Shown: positions 30,581 through 41,052 of the stretch, piece by piece
How positions within the stretch are numbered: the first letter of the stretch is position 1
How the letters are laid out: each line of letters starts with the position of its first letter
Source: Candidatus Poribacteria bacterium
GTDB taxonomy: Bacteria > Poribacteria > WGA-4E > WGA-3G
Direction: 5' to 3'
NCBI GenBank assembly: GCA_965214095.1
Contig: OZ243938.1
Span: forward strand, 5,088,001 to 5,152,000
DNA: 64,000 nucleotides
Notes under the pieces: generated by a model
Told to the model about the DNA's origin: nothing
The model's database searches: none
The model's input: only the letters and a program-made list of their open reading frames with translations
Made by a program: the position numbers and the translations under genes

Positions 30581-31633
30581 CTATTTTGTGGGTCTAAAGA
30601 GTTCGTCCAACACAACCGTCGCATACCCTCCTGCCGGCAAAGTAAAACAGAGGTGTAACCCATGATCAATAGGTTGAATCTCATGGACTTCCATTTTTAT
30701 ACGAAATGGTCGACGAGTACCGGGTAACCTTATCCCAGCTACCTTGCGAAATGTTTCCAGTTTCACATCTTCCTCTAATAGGAGTTCCATTTCCATCTTT
30801 TCCACATGACCAGTAGGTTGCCGCATCTTGTAGCCGAAGATAGGACCTGTCGGACTAATCTCAAATACATCTGCTCGCATCTGTTCAACTGAAGCGTTGT
30901 CAACATTGAACGGAGCACCGTTGCTGTGCTTAACTGCTACATCTCCATCTAAAAGTTCTCCGATATTAGGAAAACGTCTTGCCAAAATGCAATTAAACAG
31001 ATGTGCTTGATAAGCAGACAAATACAACTTTCTGAGTCGATGTGGAATATATCTAATCGCTTTTACTTCATCTAATCGCTGTGGAAGCCTACTGATTTGT
31101 CCTGTCTCGTTTGTTGATAAATGCACTATTACTTCTTCCCAATTACCTTTCATCAACGCTTTGCCAATCAGGTGGGTGTTTTGCTTGTTCCCAAATCTTT
31201 GTGAACCAAACCAATTTGGAACTCCCTCTTTTGCCAACTGTTCTAATCTCTCAGAAATAATTGAGTAATCATCTCTAACAACATCACGCAATGTAATAGT
31301 GAATCTATTCCCTTGAAGATGACCAACCCGCAATTTATGTTCATGTCTTTCTGCCCACAACACCTCTATAGATGGCAGTTCTATGGTCATTATCTTTTCT
31401 GGTGTGATTCCATCTATTGACAAAACTTGGGTAGTGATTGCCCTTTTATCCTTCAATCCTGCATAACCTATATCTCTTTGATTGACTTGTAAAGTCTCTG
31501 CGATTTTCTTAATCGCATCAAAAGTGCTGATATTCCGTTTGAGAATTGCAAAATAGGTATGTGTACCAATACCGGTCGGTTCATATAATGGTATTTCTTC
31601 AACAATGAAATCTTCCGGTTCAAATTGCATCAT
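30581..31633 (-). CDS. truD: tRNA pseudouridine(13) synthase
   Basis: PEDFIVEE, YAGLKDKRAITTQ, GNRF, PNWFGSQRFG, FTLPAGGYAT; start ATG 31633 after GGAGG. Confidence 0.93.
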   Translation of the reverse strand: MMQFEPEDFIVEEIPLYEPTGIGTHTYFAILKRNISTFDAIKKIAETLQVNQRDIGYAGLKDKRAITTQVLSIDGITPEKIMTIELPSIEVLWAERHEHKLRVGHLQGNRFTITLRDVVRDDYSIISERLEQLAKEGVPNWFGSQRFGNKQNTHLIGKALMKGNWEEVIVHLSTNETGQISRLPQRLDEVKAIRYIPHRLRKLYLSAYQAHLFNCILARRFPNIGELLDGDVAVKHSNGAPFNVDNASVEQMRADVFEISPTGPIFGYKMRQPTGHVEKMEMELLLEEDVKLETFRKVAGIRLPGTRRPFRIKMEVHEIQPIDHGLHLCFTLPAGGYATVVLDELFRPTK

Positions 31634-31647
31634 TTCCTCCGTTTGTA

Positions 31648-31741
31648 TCATAATGCTTATTGTATCTGATTGTCAAGAATTAATAATGTGGTAAAGGGTG
31701 ATTCATATACACTTGACAATTCCACATGAATGTGCTAAATT
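31648..31741. promoter_or_regulatory. Divergent sigma70 promoters for truD (-) and mutL (+)
   Basis: Minus strand TTGACA-18-TATGAT (31677-31648); plus strand TTGACA-17-TAAATT with TG (31713-31741). Confidence 0.6.
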
Positions 31742-31790
31742 AACTACCAATTAATGATAGAAAATCCGTGTCAAATTCTTGGAAAAACAC

Positions 31791-33674
31791 ATGCCAAAAA
31801 TCAAAATACTCTCAGCCGATGTGGCAAATAAAATTGCTGCAGGTGAAGTCGTTGAACGACCTGCCTCGGTTGTCAAAGAACTCATAGAAAACGCCGTTGA
31901 TGCTGATAGCACCAGCATCCGTGTTGAAATACGCGCAGGTGGAAAACGACTCATACGTGTCACTGATAACGGCACAGGTATGGAACGTGAGGACGCACTC
32001 CTCGCATTAGAACGTCATGCCACAAGTAAGGTCAACCGGATTGAAGACCTTGAAAATATACAAACTTTCGGGTTTCGTGGTGAAGCGTTGGCAAGTATAG
32101 CATCTGTCTCTAACTTTGAACTGCTTACGCGTACTGCTGATGCAATACAAGGCACAAAAATCAATGTAGATAGTGGTGTTTTCCGTTCAGTTGAAGAAAG
32201 CGGATGTTCTCCAGGAACACATATTTCTATCAACAATCTATTCCACAATGTTCCGGCTCGTTTGAAATTTCTCAAAACCGACACCACCGAGATGAACCAT
32301 ATCACCAAGCAGGTAACATGGGCTGCATTAGCACATCCCAAAATACATTTCTTCTTATCACATAACGGCAAGACTGTACTTGATGTGCGAGCATGTGATT
32401 CTAATCTGGAACGGGCACGCCTGATATATGGCAAAGAATTTGCTGACAATCTGATTGAATTTGGTGAGGAATTACCCGATTTCAAACTCTCTGGTTTACT
32501 CGGAAAACCTGAATTTACGAAGCCGAATCGGGATAATCAACTCTTTTTTATGAACCAACGTCCGATCCGAAGTCCTATGATTGGGGCTGCACTAAAAGAA
32601 GCACTCGGTGCAACTGTTCAGTCCGGACGACATGCAGTGGCAATTCTCTTTATGACACTTGAACCTGATACGGTTGATGTCAACGTCCATCCAGCAAAGA
32701 TTGAAGTGCGTTTCAAAAATGAGCGGACGATATTCACCGGTATTGTCAAGATGATCCGCAGCGTGATCAACAAAGAGAAGTTCATACCCAAGATTGAGAC
32801 ATCTACAGAGACACAACACACTCCTATTGAAAAGAGTAATATAGAAACAAAAACACCAATATCATCTAAACCATTCACAAGACCACGACCCACTATTGTC
32901 CCTGAAATAGAAACAGAGACACCTGATGCCACTAAGACAGAGGAAAAGGCAACAAAGAGAGTTGAGACCAAAAGAATAGAGACATTACCAACTGAAAATG
33001 TTGAAACTGAACCGAAACACGAAGAAACAAAGACTGTTGTGCAACCCTCTCAACAGACAATTCCAGAAGGAGCAACGCTCAAACTCCTTGACTTTGAGAA
33101 TGTTGAACTCAAAACAAACCTATTCAAAACATATATTGTCGCTGAAGGAGAAGATAGGGTTTTCTTTATTGACCAGCACGTTGCAGCAGAACGTGTGTTA
33201 TATGAGAGATTTGTGAACCAGTTAAAATCAGACGGTATCCCAGTGCAAGGCTTATTACTGCCTGTGACTGTAGAAGTAACACCACAACAGCTTGCTATAC
33301 TCAAGGTTCATGCAGAACTGTTCAGCAACGTCGGCTTTGAATTGGAGGAATTTGGTGCAAATACAATACTGATTCGCGCTATACCCGCACCTCTGCCAAC
33401 ACGAACAGCAGCACAGACTATCACAGACCTACTGGACAAACTCCCTGACCAACGGCATGAAGAAGTAGAATTGCCCAAGGCAATTGATGATGCATTGATT
33501 ACACTTGCTTGTCGTTCAGCAGTGAAAGCAGGGGATACCTTGGACTCCAAAGAGATGATAAATCTAATCCGAGAGTTATCTGAGGCGAAACTTCCTTTCA
33601 ACTGTCCGCATTCTCGACCTATCATTATTGAAATGGGACGCGATGAATTGGAACGAAGATTTCATCGCTCATAA
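31791..33674 (+). CDS. mutL: DNA mismatch repair endonuclease MutL
   Basis: IAAGEVVERPASVVKEL.EN, GFRGEAL, DVNVHPAK, DQHVAAER...YE, QGLLLP clamp motif, ACR, CPHSRP. Confidence 0.97.
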   Translation: MPKIKILSADVANKIAAGEVVERPASVVKELIENAVDADSTSIRVEIRAGGKRLIRVTDNGTGMEREDALLALERHATSKVNRIEDLENIQTFGFRGEALASIASVSNFELLTRTADAIQGTKINVDSGVFRSVEESGCSPGTHISINNLFHNVPARLKFLKTDTTEMNHITKQVTWAALAHPKIHFFLSHNGKTVLDVRACDSNLERARLIYGKEFADNLIEFGEELPDFKLSGLLGKPEFTKPNRDNQLFFMNQRPIRSPMIGAALKEALGATVQSGRHAVAILFMTLEPDTVDVNVHPAKIEVRFKNERTIFTGIVKMIRSVINKEKFIPKIETSTETQHTPIEKSNIETKTPISSKPFTRPRPTIVPEIETETPDATKTEEKATKRVETKRIETLPTENVETEPKHEETKTVVQPSQQTIPEGATLKLLDFENVELKTNLFKTYIVAEGEDRVFFIDQHVAAERVLYERFVNQLKSDGIPVQGLLLPVTVEVTPQQLAILKVHAELFSNVGFELEEFGANTILIRAIPAPLPTRTAAQTITDLLDKLPDQRHEEVELPKAIDDALITLACRSAVKAGDTLDSKEMINLIRELSEAKLPFNCPHSRPIIIEMGRDELERRFHRS

Positions 33675-33713
33675 CACCTTATCTAACACCAAATATCAGA
33701 GGAAGGCAGATAA

Positions 33714-35624
33714 ATGAAAACAACACCACTGTACCTTCTAATAACCTGCCTACTATTTGCCATATTTCTCCCAATTGTTTCTTCACAAGAATATAATACT
33801 TGGGGGTTACCAGAAGGTGCAATTGCGCGACTGGGAAAAAGTGAAATCACTGGAAATGTTGCCTTCTCACCAGATGGTAATCGGTTGGCTGTTGCAAGTT
33901 CAATCGGAATTTGGATTTATGATGTACGTCCCGGTGAAGAAACTGAACTGGAACTTATCACTGGACATACGCTTGATGTTACGACACTTGCTTATTCACC
34001 CGATAGTAGCATACTCGCGAGTGGTAGTAGAGATGGATCAATACGACTGTGGGATGCTCTTAGCGGCAAACAAATTACTTTGTACCAAGGAGAAAGGGAA
34101 GAAGTTATCACACTTGTAATTTCAACAGATGGGAAAATGCTTGCAAGTGGACATCATAATTGGTCTAATAATGAACACCAAGTAAGACTATGGAACTTAC
34201 AAACAAAAGAACTCTTAACAACAATAGATGACCATACAAACTACATCTCATCTTTAGCATTTTCACCTGATGGTAAAACACTTGCTACAGGGAGTAGGGA
34301 CAAGACTGTAAGATTATGGGACACACAAACAGGTGAACACAAATCTACACTTGTAGATCATAAAATTTCTATATCTACGCCTATATCTACGGTAGTGTAT
34401 TCCCCTGATGGGAAGACACTTACGACTGTAAGTCCACTTGATACTGTTTTGCAGTGGGATACAGAAACAGGAACTTATGATACAACATTATTCAAACGTG
34501 TTGGACAGATTCATTCACTTGCATTTTCTCCAGATGGCAGCACGATAGCAATAGAGCACATCAATTATGTGAAGTTGATTAATTCTGAAACAGGAAAACT
34601 AGAAGCTGTCTTCAGAGGACACAAAAAAACAATCGAATCCATTGCTTTTTCTCCTGACGGAAACACACTCGCTACTGCTGATTCTGATAATATCATAATG
34701 CTATGGGATACACAAACTCGAAAGCGCAGAACTACCATCAAAGGACATACTTCAAGGGTTCAATGTTTAACCTATTCACCTGATGGGAAAACTATAGCTT
34801 CAGGCAGCTTTAAAGGACTCGGTTTCCTATGGGATGCTCAGACTGGAAAACATAAAGCAACGCTCATAAGAAGATATAGCCTTGACATAACAGGAATAAC
34901 ATATTCACCTGATGGAAAAACAATTGCTACATGTAGTGGTGTTGGCACTGTTGAACTATGGGAAGAACGAACACGTGCGTTTCAGGTACGTAGCAGAAAA
35001 CCGAAATCAACACTTATTGAGCTGTCCACGGAACTACATTGTATTGCTTATTCACCTGATGGAAAAACAATTGCGATAGGAGACGATAAAGGGGATATAA
35101 GTTTATTGAATGCAGATAAAAGTGAAATAATAACTACTCTCTCAGGACACGTAAGAAGGATCAATTCACTTGCATTCGCACCTGATGGATTTACACTTGC
35201 AAGTGCCAGTAGTGATGGAACTGTCAGAATGTGGGATATACAATCTGAGGGCATCATCGCATCACCAGGAGGAAATAGAAGAGGGTCCTATGCTGTAGCG
35301 TATTCTCCTGATGGAAACTTAGTAGCAAGCGCAGGTGATGACAATAATATCCAACTGTGGGATGTACATAGTCAAACTACAAAGAGAATAATTAGAACAC
35401 CGCAAAACCAAGTTACATGTATTGCTTTCTCTCCGAATGGCGTATTTTTCGCATCCAGCAGTCGTGATGGTAGCATTGAATTATGGAGCACGCAATCAGG
35501 TGAACATATTTCATCATTCAAAGCGAATGATGGGTGGATATCAGCAATTGCATTCTCTCCAAATGGTGATACATTAGCAAGTAGCAGTTCTGACGGCACT
35601 ATTCTCTTGTGGAAACTACGTTGA
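33714..35624 (+). CDS. Secreted WD40-repeat protein
   Basis: Signal peptide; WGLPEGAIARLGK cap; about 13-14 WD repeats. Confidence 0.92.
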   Translation: MKTTPLYLLITCLLFAIFLPIVSSQEYNTWGLPEGAIARLGKSEITGNVAFSPDGNRLAVASSIGIWIYDVRPGEETELELITGHTLDVTTLAYSPDSSILASGSRDGSIRLWDALSGKQITLYQGEREEVITLVISTDGKMLASGHHNWSNNEHQVRLWNLQTKELLTTIDDHTNYISSLAFSPDGKTLATGSRDKTVRLWDTQTGEHKSTLVDHKISISTPISTVVYSPDGKTLTTVSPLDTVLQWDTETGTYDTTLFKRVGQIHSLAFSPDGSTIAIEHINYVKLINSETGKLEAVFRGHKKTIESIAFSPDGNTLATADSDNIIMLWDTQTRKRRTTIKGHTSRVQCLTYSPDGKTIASGSFKGLGFLWDAQTGKHKATLIRRYSLDITGITYSPDGKTIATCSGVGTVELWEERTRAFQVRSRKPKSTLIELSTELHCIAYSPDGKTIAIGDDKGDISLLNADKSEIITTLSGHVRRINSLAFAPDGFTLASASSDGTVRMWDIQSEGIIASPGGNRRGSYAVAYSPDGNLVASAGDDNNIQLWDVHSQTTKRIIRTPQNQVTCIAFSPNGVFFASSSRDGSIELWSTQSGEHISSFKANDGWISAIAFSPNGDTLASSSSDGTILLWKLR

Positions 35625-35642
35625 TTACATAATTACCAGTAA

Positions 35643-36206
35643 TTAGAAGTTTTCTGTGAAAGTTACCGTTACTTTCCCATCGTTGATTGAATTTCTAAAT
35701 CTATCCAACAACGCTTCTTCAGTCTCATTAGGATATACATAAGACAAACGAAGATATTCAATAATCAATGGGTCAAATGTTCGAATGAATTCAAAGTAGA
35801 ACTTGCCAAATGTGTTTTCTATTAGTCTCATAGCCATACTGTTTTCTAATGAAGTAAATCCATCCAGAACTGTTGAGTCTTCACGCTTCTCATCTTTATA
35901 TATATCAACCAATTCCACCCAAAATGCTCTTCCGAAACCAAGTTCCTCATTGAATATTATTTCAGAATCATCAAAAACAATTTGATAATCACCTGCTGCG
36001 TCTGCCTTTTGAAGTGATTCTGTCCGCCTCTGATTAACCCGATCCATAGCCTCTCGCGCTCGTTCTATGTGGGTCTGAGTCGGTGGTTCAGGTGGAGAAA
36101 TAATCTCCATCATCGGCTTTGTCATCGGTTGATCACAACCGAATGAAAACACTATTAAGATAATTGCGCATAATTTAAGCAGGATTATCCTCGTAATACA
36201 AATCAT
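35643..36206 (-). CDS. Hypothetical lipoprotein
   Basis: ATG 36206 after AGGAGA; lipobox FSFGC; helical body. Confidence 0.65.
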   Translation of the reverse strand: MICITRIILLKLCAIILIVFSFGCDQPMTKPMMEIISPPEPPTQTHIERAREAMDRVNQRRTESLQKADAAGDYQIVFDDSEIIFNEELGFGRAFWVELVDIYKDEKREDSTVLDGFTSLENSMAMRLIENTFGKFYFEFIRTFDPLIIEYLRLSYVYPNETEEALLDRFRNSINDGKVTVTFTENF

Positions 36207-36275
36207 TTCGTCTCCTATATTTATATATTTATGTATTAGTTCAGACTTACATTCGTACCGTCCAAACATCGTCAA

Positions 36276-38162
36276 CTAAAAGACCCAAACTGCCATTTGT
36301 CCTGCACCACGATTGCACCAAGTATAATAGGGAATTGCTGTAACAGGCAGTCGCTTTGCACTTGGCTCAGAAAGATAGAGGTTGTTACCCCACTCTTCAA
36401 TATCATAGATAGTCCCTGTTCCACGAATTAGTGTTATACCACCAAGAGTTTCACTGTCATAAACAACTTCTACTTTACCATTTTCAGCAAGCGTGAGTGT
36501 CTCAAATGCACCATCAGGATTATCAACATCTTCAAAACAGTAAACAAGTGGGCCGCGACGCAATGCTGATCGTCCAAGATTATCTCTTACATTCGGATGT
36601 GCATATATTCTATCTACTGACATATCCAATTGCAATTCAACGCTATCATTTGCTTGCCACGTTCTTCCAATTGATAGATATCCATTTTTAGTATCCTTAA
36701 CGTTAATCGTTTCCCCATTGATACTCACATCAAAGTCTTTACACCAACCCGGTATTCGCAAATTCAGGTTAAACTTAGCAGGTTTCTCTGGGTTTACAGT
36801 AAGTTTTACATCTCCTGACCACGGATAATCAGTGTCTTGTGTAATACACAGTGAGACATCATCTGCTATAGTTGTTTCTGCATTCCCACCAACATAGAGA
36901 TTAACCCATAAGTCATTGTCATCAATAGCATAGATATATTGACCAAGAGAACCGAGTAGACGAGCAATATTTGGCGGACAACACGCACACCCGAACCACG
37001 GATTCCGTTGTCTACCACCACGACTCGCCAGCGGATTTTGATAGAAGAAGTCCGTCCCTTCAAGAGAAACACCTGAAAGTGCGCCATTGTATAGTGCCGT
37101 TTCTAATACATCCATGAAACGTGACTCACCTTTCAATAGGAACATCCGATGCGCCCAGAAAATCAAACCGATGGATGCACAAGTCTCCGCATAGGCAGAG
37201 AAATTTGGTAATTCATAATCTTGTGTGAACCCCTCATTGTGTCCCGATGGTCCTACACCGCCAGTAATGTATAATCGCTTTTCTACATTCTGCCAAAGAG
37301 CATCAAGAGCATTGGTTATTGCTGCATCACCTGTTTCCGAGGCAATATCTGCAGCTCCTGCATAGAGATACATGGCTCTTACTGCATGTCCAACACATTC
37401 TGTTTGTTCCTGAATTGGCAAGTGTGCTTGCGAATATGTGCCATCATATTTCTCATCGCGTGTGTAGTGATGTTTATACGCCCCTAACCCACCCGGTAAA
37501 TCAGGATTTTCCAATTCTTGCTCAAAAACTGTCGGTCTATGTCCGCGTTTCGTGACAAAGTATTCCGCAAGAGACATGTAACGCTTTTCACCTGTAACAC
37601 GGGCTAATTTTACTAAAGCAAGTTCAATCCCTTGGTGTCCTGGAAGACCATCCCGTTTGCCTTCACCGAATATGTTATCAATAAGGTCAGCAAATTTGCA
37701 TGCCACATCAAGAAGAGTTTGTTTACCTGTTGCTTGATAATGTGCAACGCCTGCTTCGAAAAGATGTCCTGCACAATACAACTCGTGCATCATACCGAGA
37801 TTCTGCCACTTCTTTTCAGGTTCAACCAATGTAAAATAGGAATTCAGATAACCATCTTTCTGTTGACTTTTGGCTATCGTATCAATAACTCCATCCAAAT
37901 CACCTTCCCAATCAGGATTTGGGTGGGAGTGTAAAGTGTATGCGGCAGCTTCTACCAACTTATGAACGTCAGAATCGTTGAAAAAGATGCCTTCAAAATT
38001 CCCTTCCATTGACCCCGCAGCTTTAGCAAAGTTACTAATTCTGCCCGTTATCCGACACTGTTCTAACTCGTGTGGAATCGTCTCCTTTGAATTCGTTTCT
38101 TGACGTGGTGACCAGAATCTATCATCAATCGTAACTGCTGCAAAAGAAATTGCTTTCAACAT
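36276..38162 (-). CDS. GH127 beta-L-arabinofuranosidase family glycoside hydrolase
   Basis: DSDV.K, HELYCAGH, GHAVRAMY, EGF, YAETCA, CACCPPN, AIPYY.W.NRG; start moved to ATG 38162. Confidence 0.93.
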   Translation of the reverse strand: MLKAISFAAVTIDDRFWSPRQETNSKETIPHELEQCRITGRISNFAKAAGSMEGNFEGIFFNDSDVHKLVEAAAYTLHSHPNPDWEGDLDGVIDTIAKSQQKDGYLNSYFTLVEPEKKWQNLGMMHELYCAGHLFEAGVAHYQATGKQTLLDVACKFADLIDNIFGEGKRDGLPGHQGIELALVKLARVTGEKRYMSLAEYFVTKRGHRPTVFEQELENPDLPGGLGAYKHHYTRDEKYDGTYSQAHLPIQEQTECVGHAVRAMYLYAGAADIASETGDAAITNALDALWQNVEKRLYITGGVGPSGHNEGFTQDYELPNFSAYAETCASIGLIFWAHRMFLLKGESRFMDVLETALYNGALSGVSLEGTDFFYQNPLASRGGRQRNPWFGCACCPPNIARLLGSLGQYIYAIDDNDLWVNLYVGGNAETTIADDVSLCITQDTDYPWSGDVKLTVNPEKPAKFNLNLRIPGWCKDFDVSINGETINVKDTKNGYLSIGRTWQANDSVELQLDMSVDRIYAHPNVRDNLGRSALRRGPLVYCFEDVDNPDGAFETLTLAENGKVEVVYDSETLGGITLIRGTGTIYDIEEWGNNLYLSEPSAKRLPVTAIPYYTWCNRGAGQMAVWVF

Positions 38163-38207
38163 ATTTCCCTCATCTATGGATAAAATGTTGCGGGACAACG
38201 GAAATAT

Positions 38208-38310
38208 TATAGTGAATTATAAATATAAGTTGACACCCGCGACCCACGGTAGGCGAGGTTTCCTAACCTCGCCAATGCTGAGTGTTCAAGTAATTTCAAA
38301 ATCTACTATA
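38208..38310. mobile_element. 103-bp MITE (family B) with GTAG REP
   Basis: Ends tatagt/actata; near-identical to 56841-56943. Confidence 0.8.
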
Positions 38311-38348
38311 GTTAACAATATCCATTGTCCAACAAGTGTAATATAATG

Positions 38349-39035
38349 TTAGTGACTATTTACACTAATCTGTTTGAATTCTTCTGAAGGTAAGTATTCA
38401 CCCAATACTTGCTGCACATCTGCTTTATTGAGCCGTTTTGCTGTAATAATAACACATCTTTTTTGCGATTCTTTATCCCAAGCCTTCTCAAACTCCTTGA
38501 AAGTCAATCTACGTTTACTTTCACTATTAGGACTCTGAAGGTGGACCATACCTGATGTGTTGTTGTAATGTGATATAGGTGAAATAAACGGTGTATGTTC
38601 TCGTATTTGAATCATTACAATTGGTGCCCAACCTTTTGCAACAAATGCCTTTAAGATATCTAATGAACAGTTGGATAGAAAAGCACTATGTTGTCCAATT
38701 TCACGTATCTTATTATGAAAATTAACGAGTGCTAATCTATTACGAGGAATAGATGGTTTTTTGTATACATTTCTCAAATATGGAGTCTTTTGAAAATTAA
38801 TAGTGGCTGATTCTGGTAGATTTGATTTAGCAAGTGGTGATTTGACATTCGTGGTTTTGTTAGATGACGGTATAGTATTTTTGGGCACTTCAAATTCACT
38901 TGTGGGAACAGGACCGCAGCTACTTATAAAAAACACAAACATAATTAAGAAAATACTTTTGTGAAATATTGAATATTCAAGAGACCTTGACAATATCTGA
39001 CGAAGGTTATTGAAGGACAACAATACATGCTTCAT
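38349..39035 (-). CDS. Hypothetical lipoprotein with degenerate peptidase C39-like domain
   Basis: Lipobox ISSC; LDILKAFVAKGWAPIV...VHLQSP..LTFKEFEKAW. Confidence 0.55.
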   Translation of the reverse strand: MKHVLLSFNNLRQILSRSLEYSIFHKSIFLIMFVFFISSCGPVPTSEFEVPKNTIPSSNKTTNVKSPLAKSNLPESATINFQKTPYLRNVYKKPSIPRNRLALVNFHNKIREIGQHSAFLSNCSLDILKAFVAKGWAPIVMIQIREHTPFISPISHYNNTSGMVHLQSPNSESKRRLTFKEFEKAWDKESQKRCVIITAKRLNKADVQQVLGEYLPSEEFKQISVNSH

Positions 39036-39074
39036 GTTTTTCTCCTCGTGTTATTTTAGTTGAATTGACCATGT

Positions 39075-40094
39075 TTAATTGATTTTAACTGTAGCTTCTC
39101 TTTTTTCTTTCCATGATTCTACTATTGCTTCTGTGATTCGCAGTGCTTGCAAGCCATCACGACCAGTTGGTGCGGGTATTCGATCATTCAGCAAATCATC
39201 CACTAACGCTGCCATACGGAGTGCAAATGTACCATCAAAGGCAAGCTGTTCCATTCTAAAAATAGATGGACGATATTCCTCCACAACCTGATTGTCACGT
39301 TTCATCAAAGTGGCTTTGCTAAGCACATTATCAACAACGATCTCTCCCGCAGAACCACAAATTTCTAATCTCTCAATCGGATGAATAAAATCGCTATCCC
39401 AACTCGCCAAAAGCGTTGCAACAACTTCAGTTTCATACTTAAATGAAATTGCCATGCTCGTATAGCAAGCATCTTCTCCATTACGCGCTTCGTGTTCTCT
39501 GGGTTTCGCCATCTGTGCACACACCGAGACTATCTCCCCACCAAACCAACGTAGTAAGTCAAGTGCGTGTGTTTGAAGTTCATAGAGTAAGTAATACTCA
39601 CCCTTCCAAGTTGAGGAGGGGCCACCTTGCGACAGTTTCATATCCAAGTAATATGTCTGTCCAATTGTCTCTGCATCAAACCATTTTCTCGCTTGTACAT
39701 AACCTGGAGCAAACCTTCTATTATAGTCTATAGCAAGATGTACCTCTTTCTCTTCTGCTTTCGCAACCATCTGTTCCGCTTCATCAATATAAAGGGATAA
39801 GGGTTTCTCAGAAATAACGTGTTTTCCCGCATCAAGACATTCCATTACCGGTTCAAAGTGTAAGTGATCTGCAGTTACAACATCAACAAGGTCACATTCT
39901 TCATTCTCAAGCATTTCCTTAATGGATGGATACCAGTTCGGTATACCGAGTGATTCAGCCCTCTCTTTTGCTTTATTCGCATCAATATCGCATACTGCGA
40001 CTAATTCCGCACCCTGATGTTGTAAATATCCGCGTTGGTGTAATAATCCTATCCCACCACAACCAACAGCTGCAACTTTTAGTTTTCCAGCCAT
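39075..40094 (-). CDS. Gfo/Idh/MocA oxidoreductase
   Basis: VGCGGIG, GKHVISEKPL, YNRRF; start moved to ATG 40094 after AGGAGA. Confidence 0.92.
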   Translation of the reverse strand: MAGKLKVAAVGCGGIGLLHQRGYLQHQGAELVAVCDIDANKAKERAESLGIPNWYPSIKEMLENEECDLVDVVTADHLHFEPVMECLDAGKHVISEKPLSLYIDEAEQMVAKAEEKEVHLAIDYNRRFAPGYVQARKWFDAETIGQTYYLDMKLSQGGPSSTWKGEYYLLYELQTHALDLLRWFGGEIVSVCAQMAKPREHEARNGEDACYTSMAISFKYETEVVATLLASWDSDFIHPIERLEICGSAGEIVVDNVLSKATLMKRDNQVVEEYRPSIFRMEQLAFDGTFALRMAALVDDLLNDRIPAPTGRDGLQALRITEAIVESWKEKREATVKIN

Positions 40095-40206
40095 AATAGA
40101 GTTCTCCTTATATAATGAGAACGGTGTTTGTAACTCCCTATAAATATAATATACAATACACAAAAAAATAGCAAGAAAGAAAATCAGGAATGGAATTACA
40201 ATTTCA

Positions 40207-40343
40207 TTTAGCAAAAACCATAATTATTTACACACTACGGTAGGTTCGGTTTCCTAACCGAACCGGTGTTTATTCAGTCACATTGATGCGGTTAGGTAAC
40301 CGAACCTACTGGGAGTGTGCACATATTTTTAGATTTCACTATA
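40207..40343. mobile_element. 137-bp MITE (family C) with inverted REP doublet
   Basis: Near copy of 62957-63094; gtaggttcggtttcctaaccgaacc ... gcggttaggtaaccgaacctac. Confidence 0.8.
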
Positions 40344-40402
40344 GCAAAAAGTTGGAAATGTGCTATAGGCGTAACTACTAAATTTACAAAGAGAAGAAAA
40401 AC

Positions 40403-40513
40403 ATGAAACGTTATGGAAACCACCACGGAAACTCTGGAATCGCTGCTTATGAAGCGGGAACTAAGTTTATTAGAATCCAGTTTACTAGCGGCAGTATCTA
40501 TCTGTACACCTAA
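40403..40513 (+). pseudogene. Truncated small KTSC-like hypothetical gene (36 codons)
   Basis: MKRYGNHHGNSGIAAYEAGTKFIRIQFTSGSIYLYT then TAA, followed within 16 bp by a REP/MITE remnant (40529-40620). Confidence 0.6.
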
Positions 40514-40528
40514 TCAAAATAGGTGTTT

Positions 40529-40550
40529 GTAGTCGCGCAATTCATTGCGC
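40529..40550 (+). repeat. GTAG REP palindrome family gtagtcgcgcaattcattgcgc
   Basis: Copies at 40529, 43462, 46212 (-), 50977 and a degenerate copy at 60042 (-). Confidence 0.8.
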
Positions 40551-40655
40551 CTCGGACATTCTCTCGCTAAGTTAGAATTTATACTCTCATAATGAGATAT
40601 TCTCTATTAGAAATGGTATAGCTTGATGAAAAAGTGTTAGAATATCAATATTAGC

Positions 40656-40720
40656 AGCCCCAGCGGGGCGGAATGTGTATAGCACATCGTGAACAAACCA
40701 CTTATAGCCCCAGCGGGGCG
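40656..40720 (+). repeat. Direct pair of palindromes agccccagcggggcg, 50 bp apart
   Basis: Identical 15-mers at 40656 and 40706, each followed shortly by gtgtat. Confidence 0.7.
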
Positions 40721-40861
40721 ACAGGTGTATCATTGAAGAAATAGGTATGATGACTGTGATTCTCCTTGTCCAGACTATTATATATTAAACGAGAACGATA
40801 ACAGATCTTTGATAAATTAATGCATTAGGCCTGTGCGAATGGAATTTTGGCGATCGGAAAG

Positions 40862-40890
40862 TTGACACACTTTCATAACAGTGCTATAAT
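40862..40890 (+). promoter_or_regulatory. Perfect-consensus sigma70 promoter
   Basis: TTGACA-17-TATAAT with extended -10 TG. Confidence 0.8.
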
Positions 40891-41052
40891 TTTGCTTATT
40901 ACAAGGTAGGTTATTGAAATCGTTCAAATCATCTATGATACAATTCAAAGATGTTTATAACTCTCGTGTCAGGTTCAGTATAATCCTTGACACCCCATCT
41001 ACAACCACATACAATAAACCTCAAAATAAAATGATCTTTGCGGAGATTTTTC

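Noticed and set aside
40095-40214. Hydrophobic N-terminal extension of the Gfo/Idh/MocA ORF
   Set aside because: A strong RBS precedes ATG 40094, and the extension is AT-rich intergenic DNA running into a MITE
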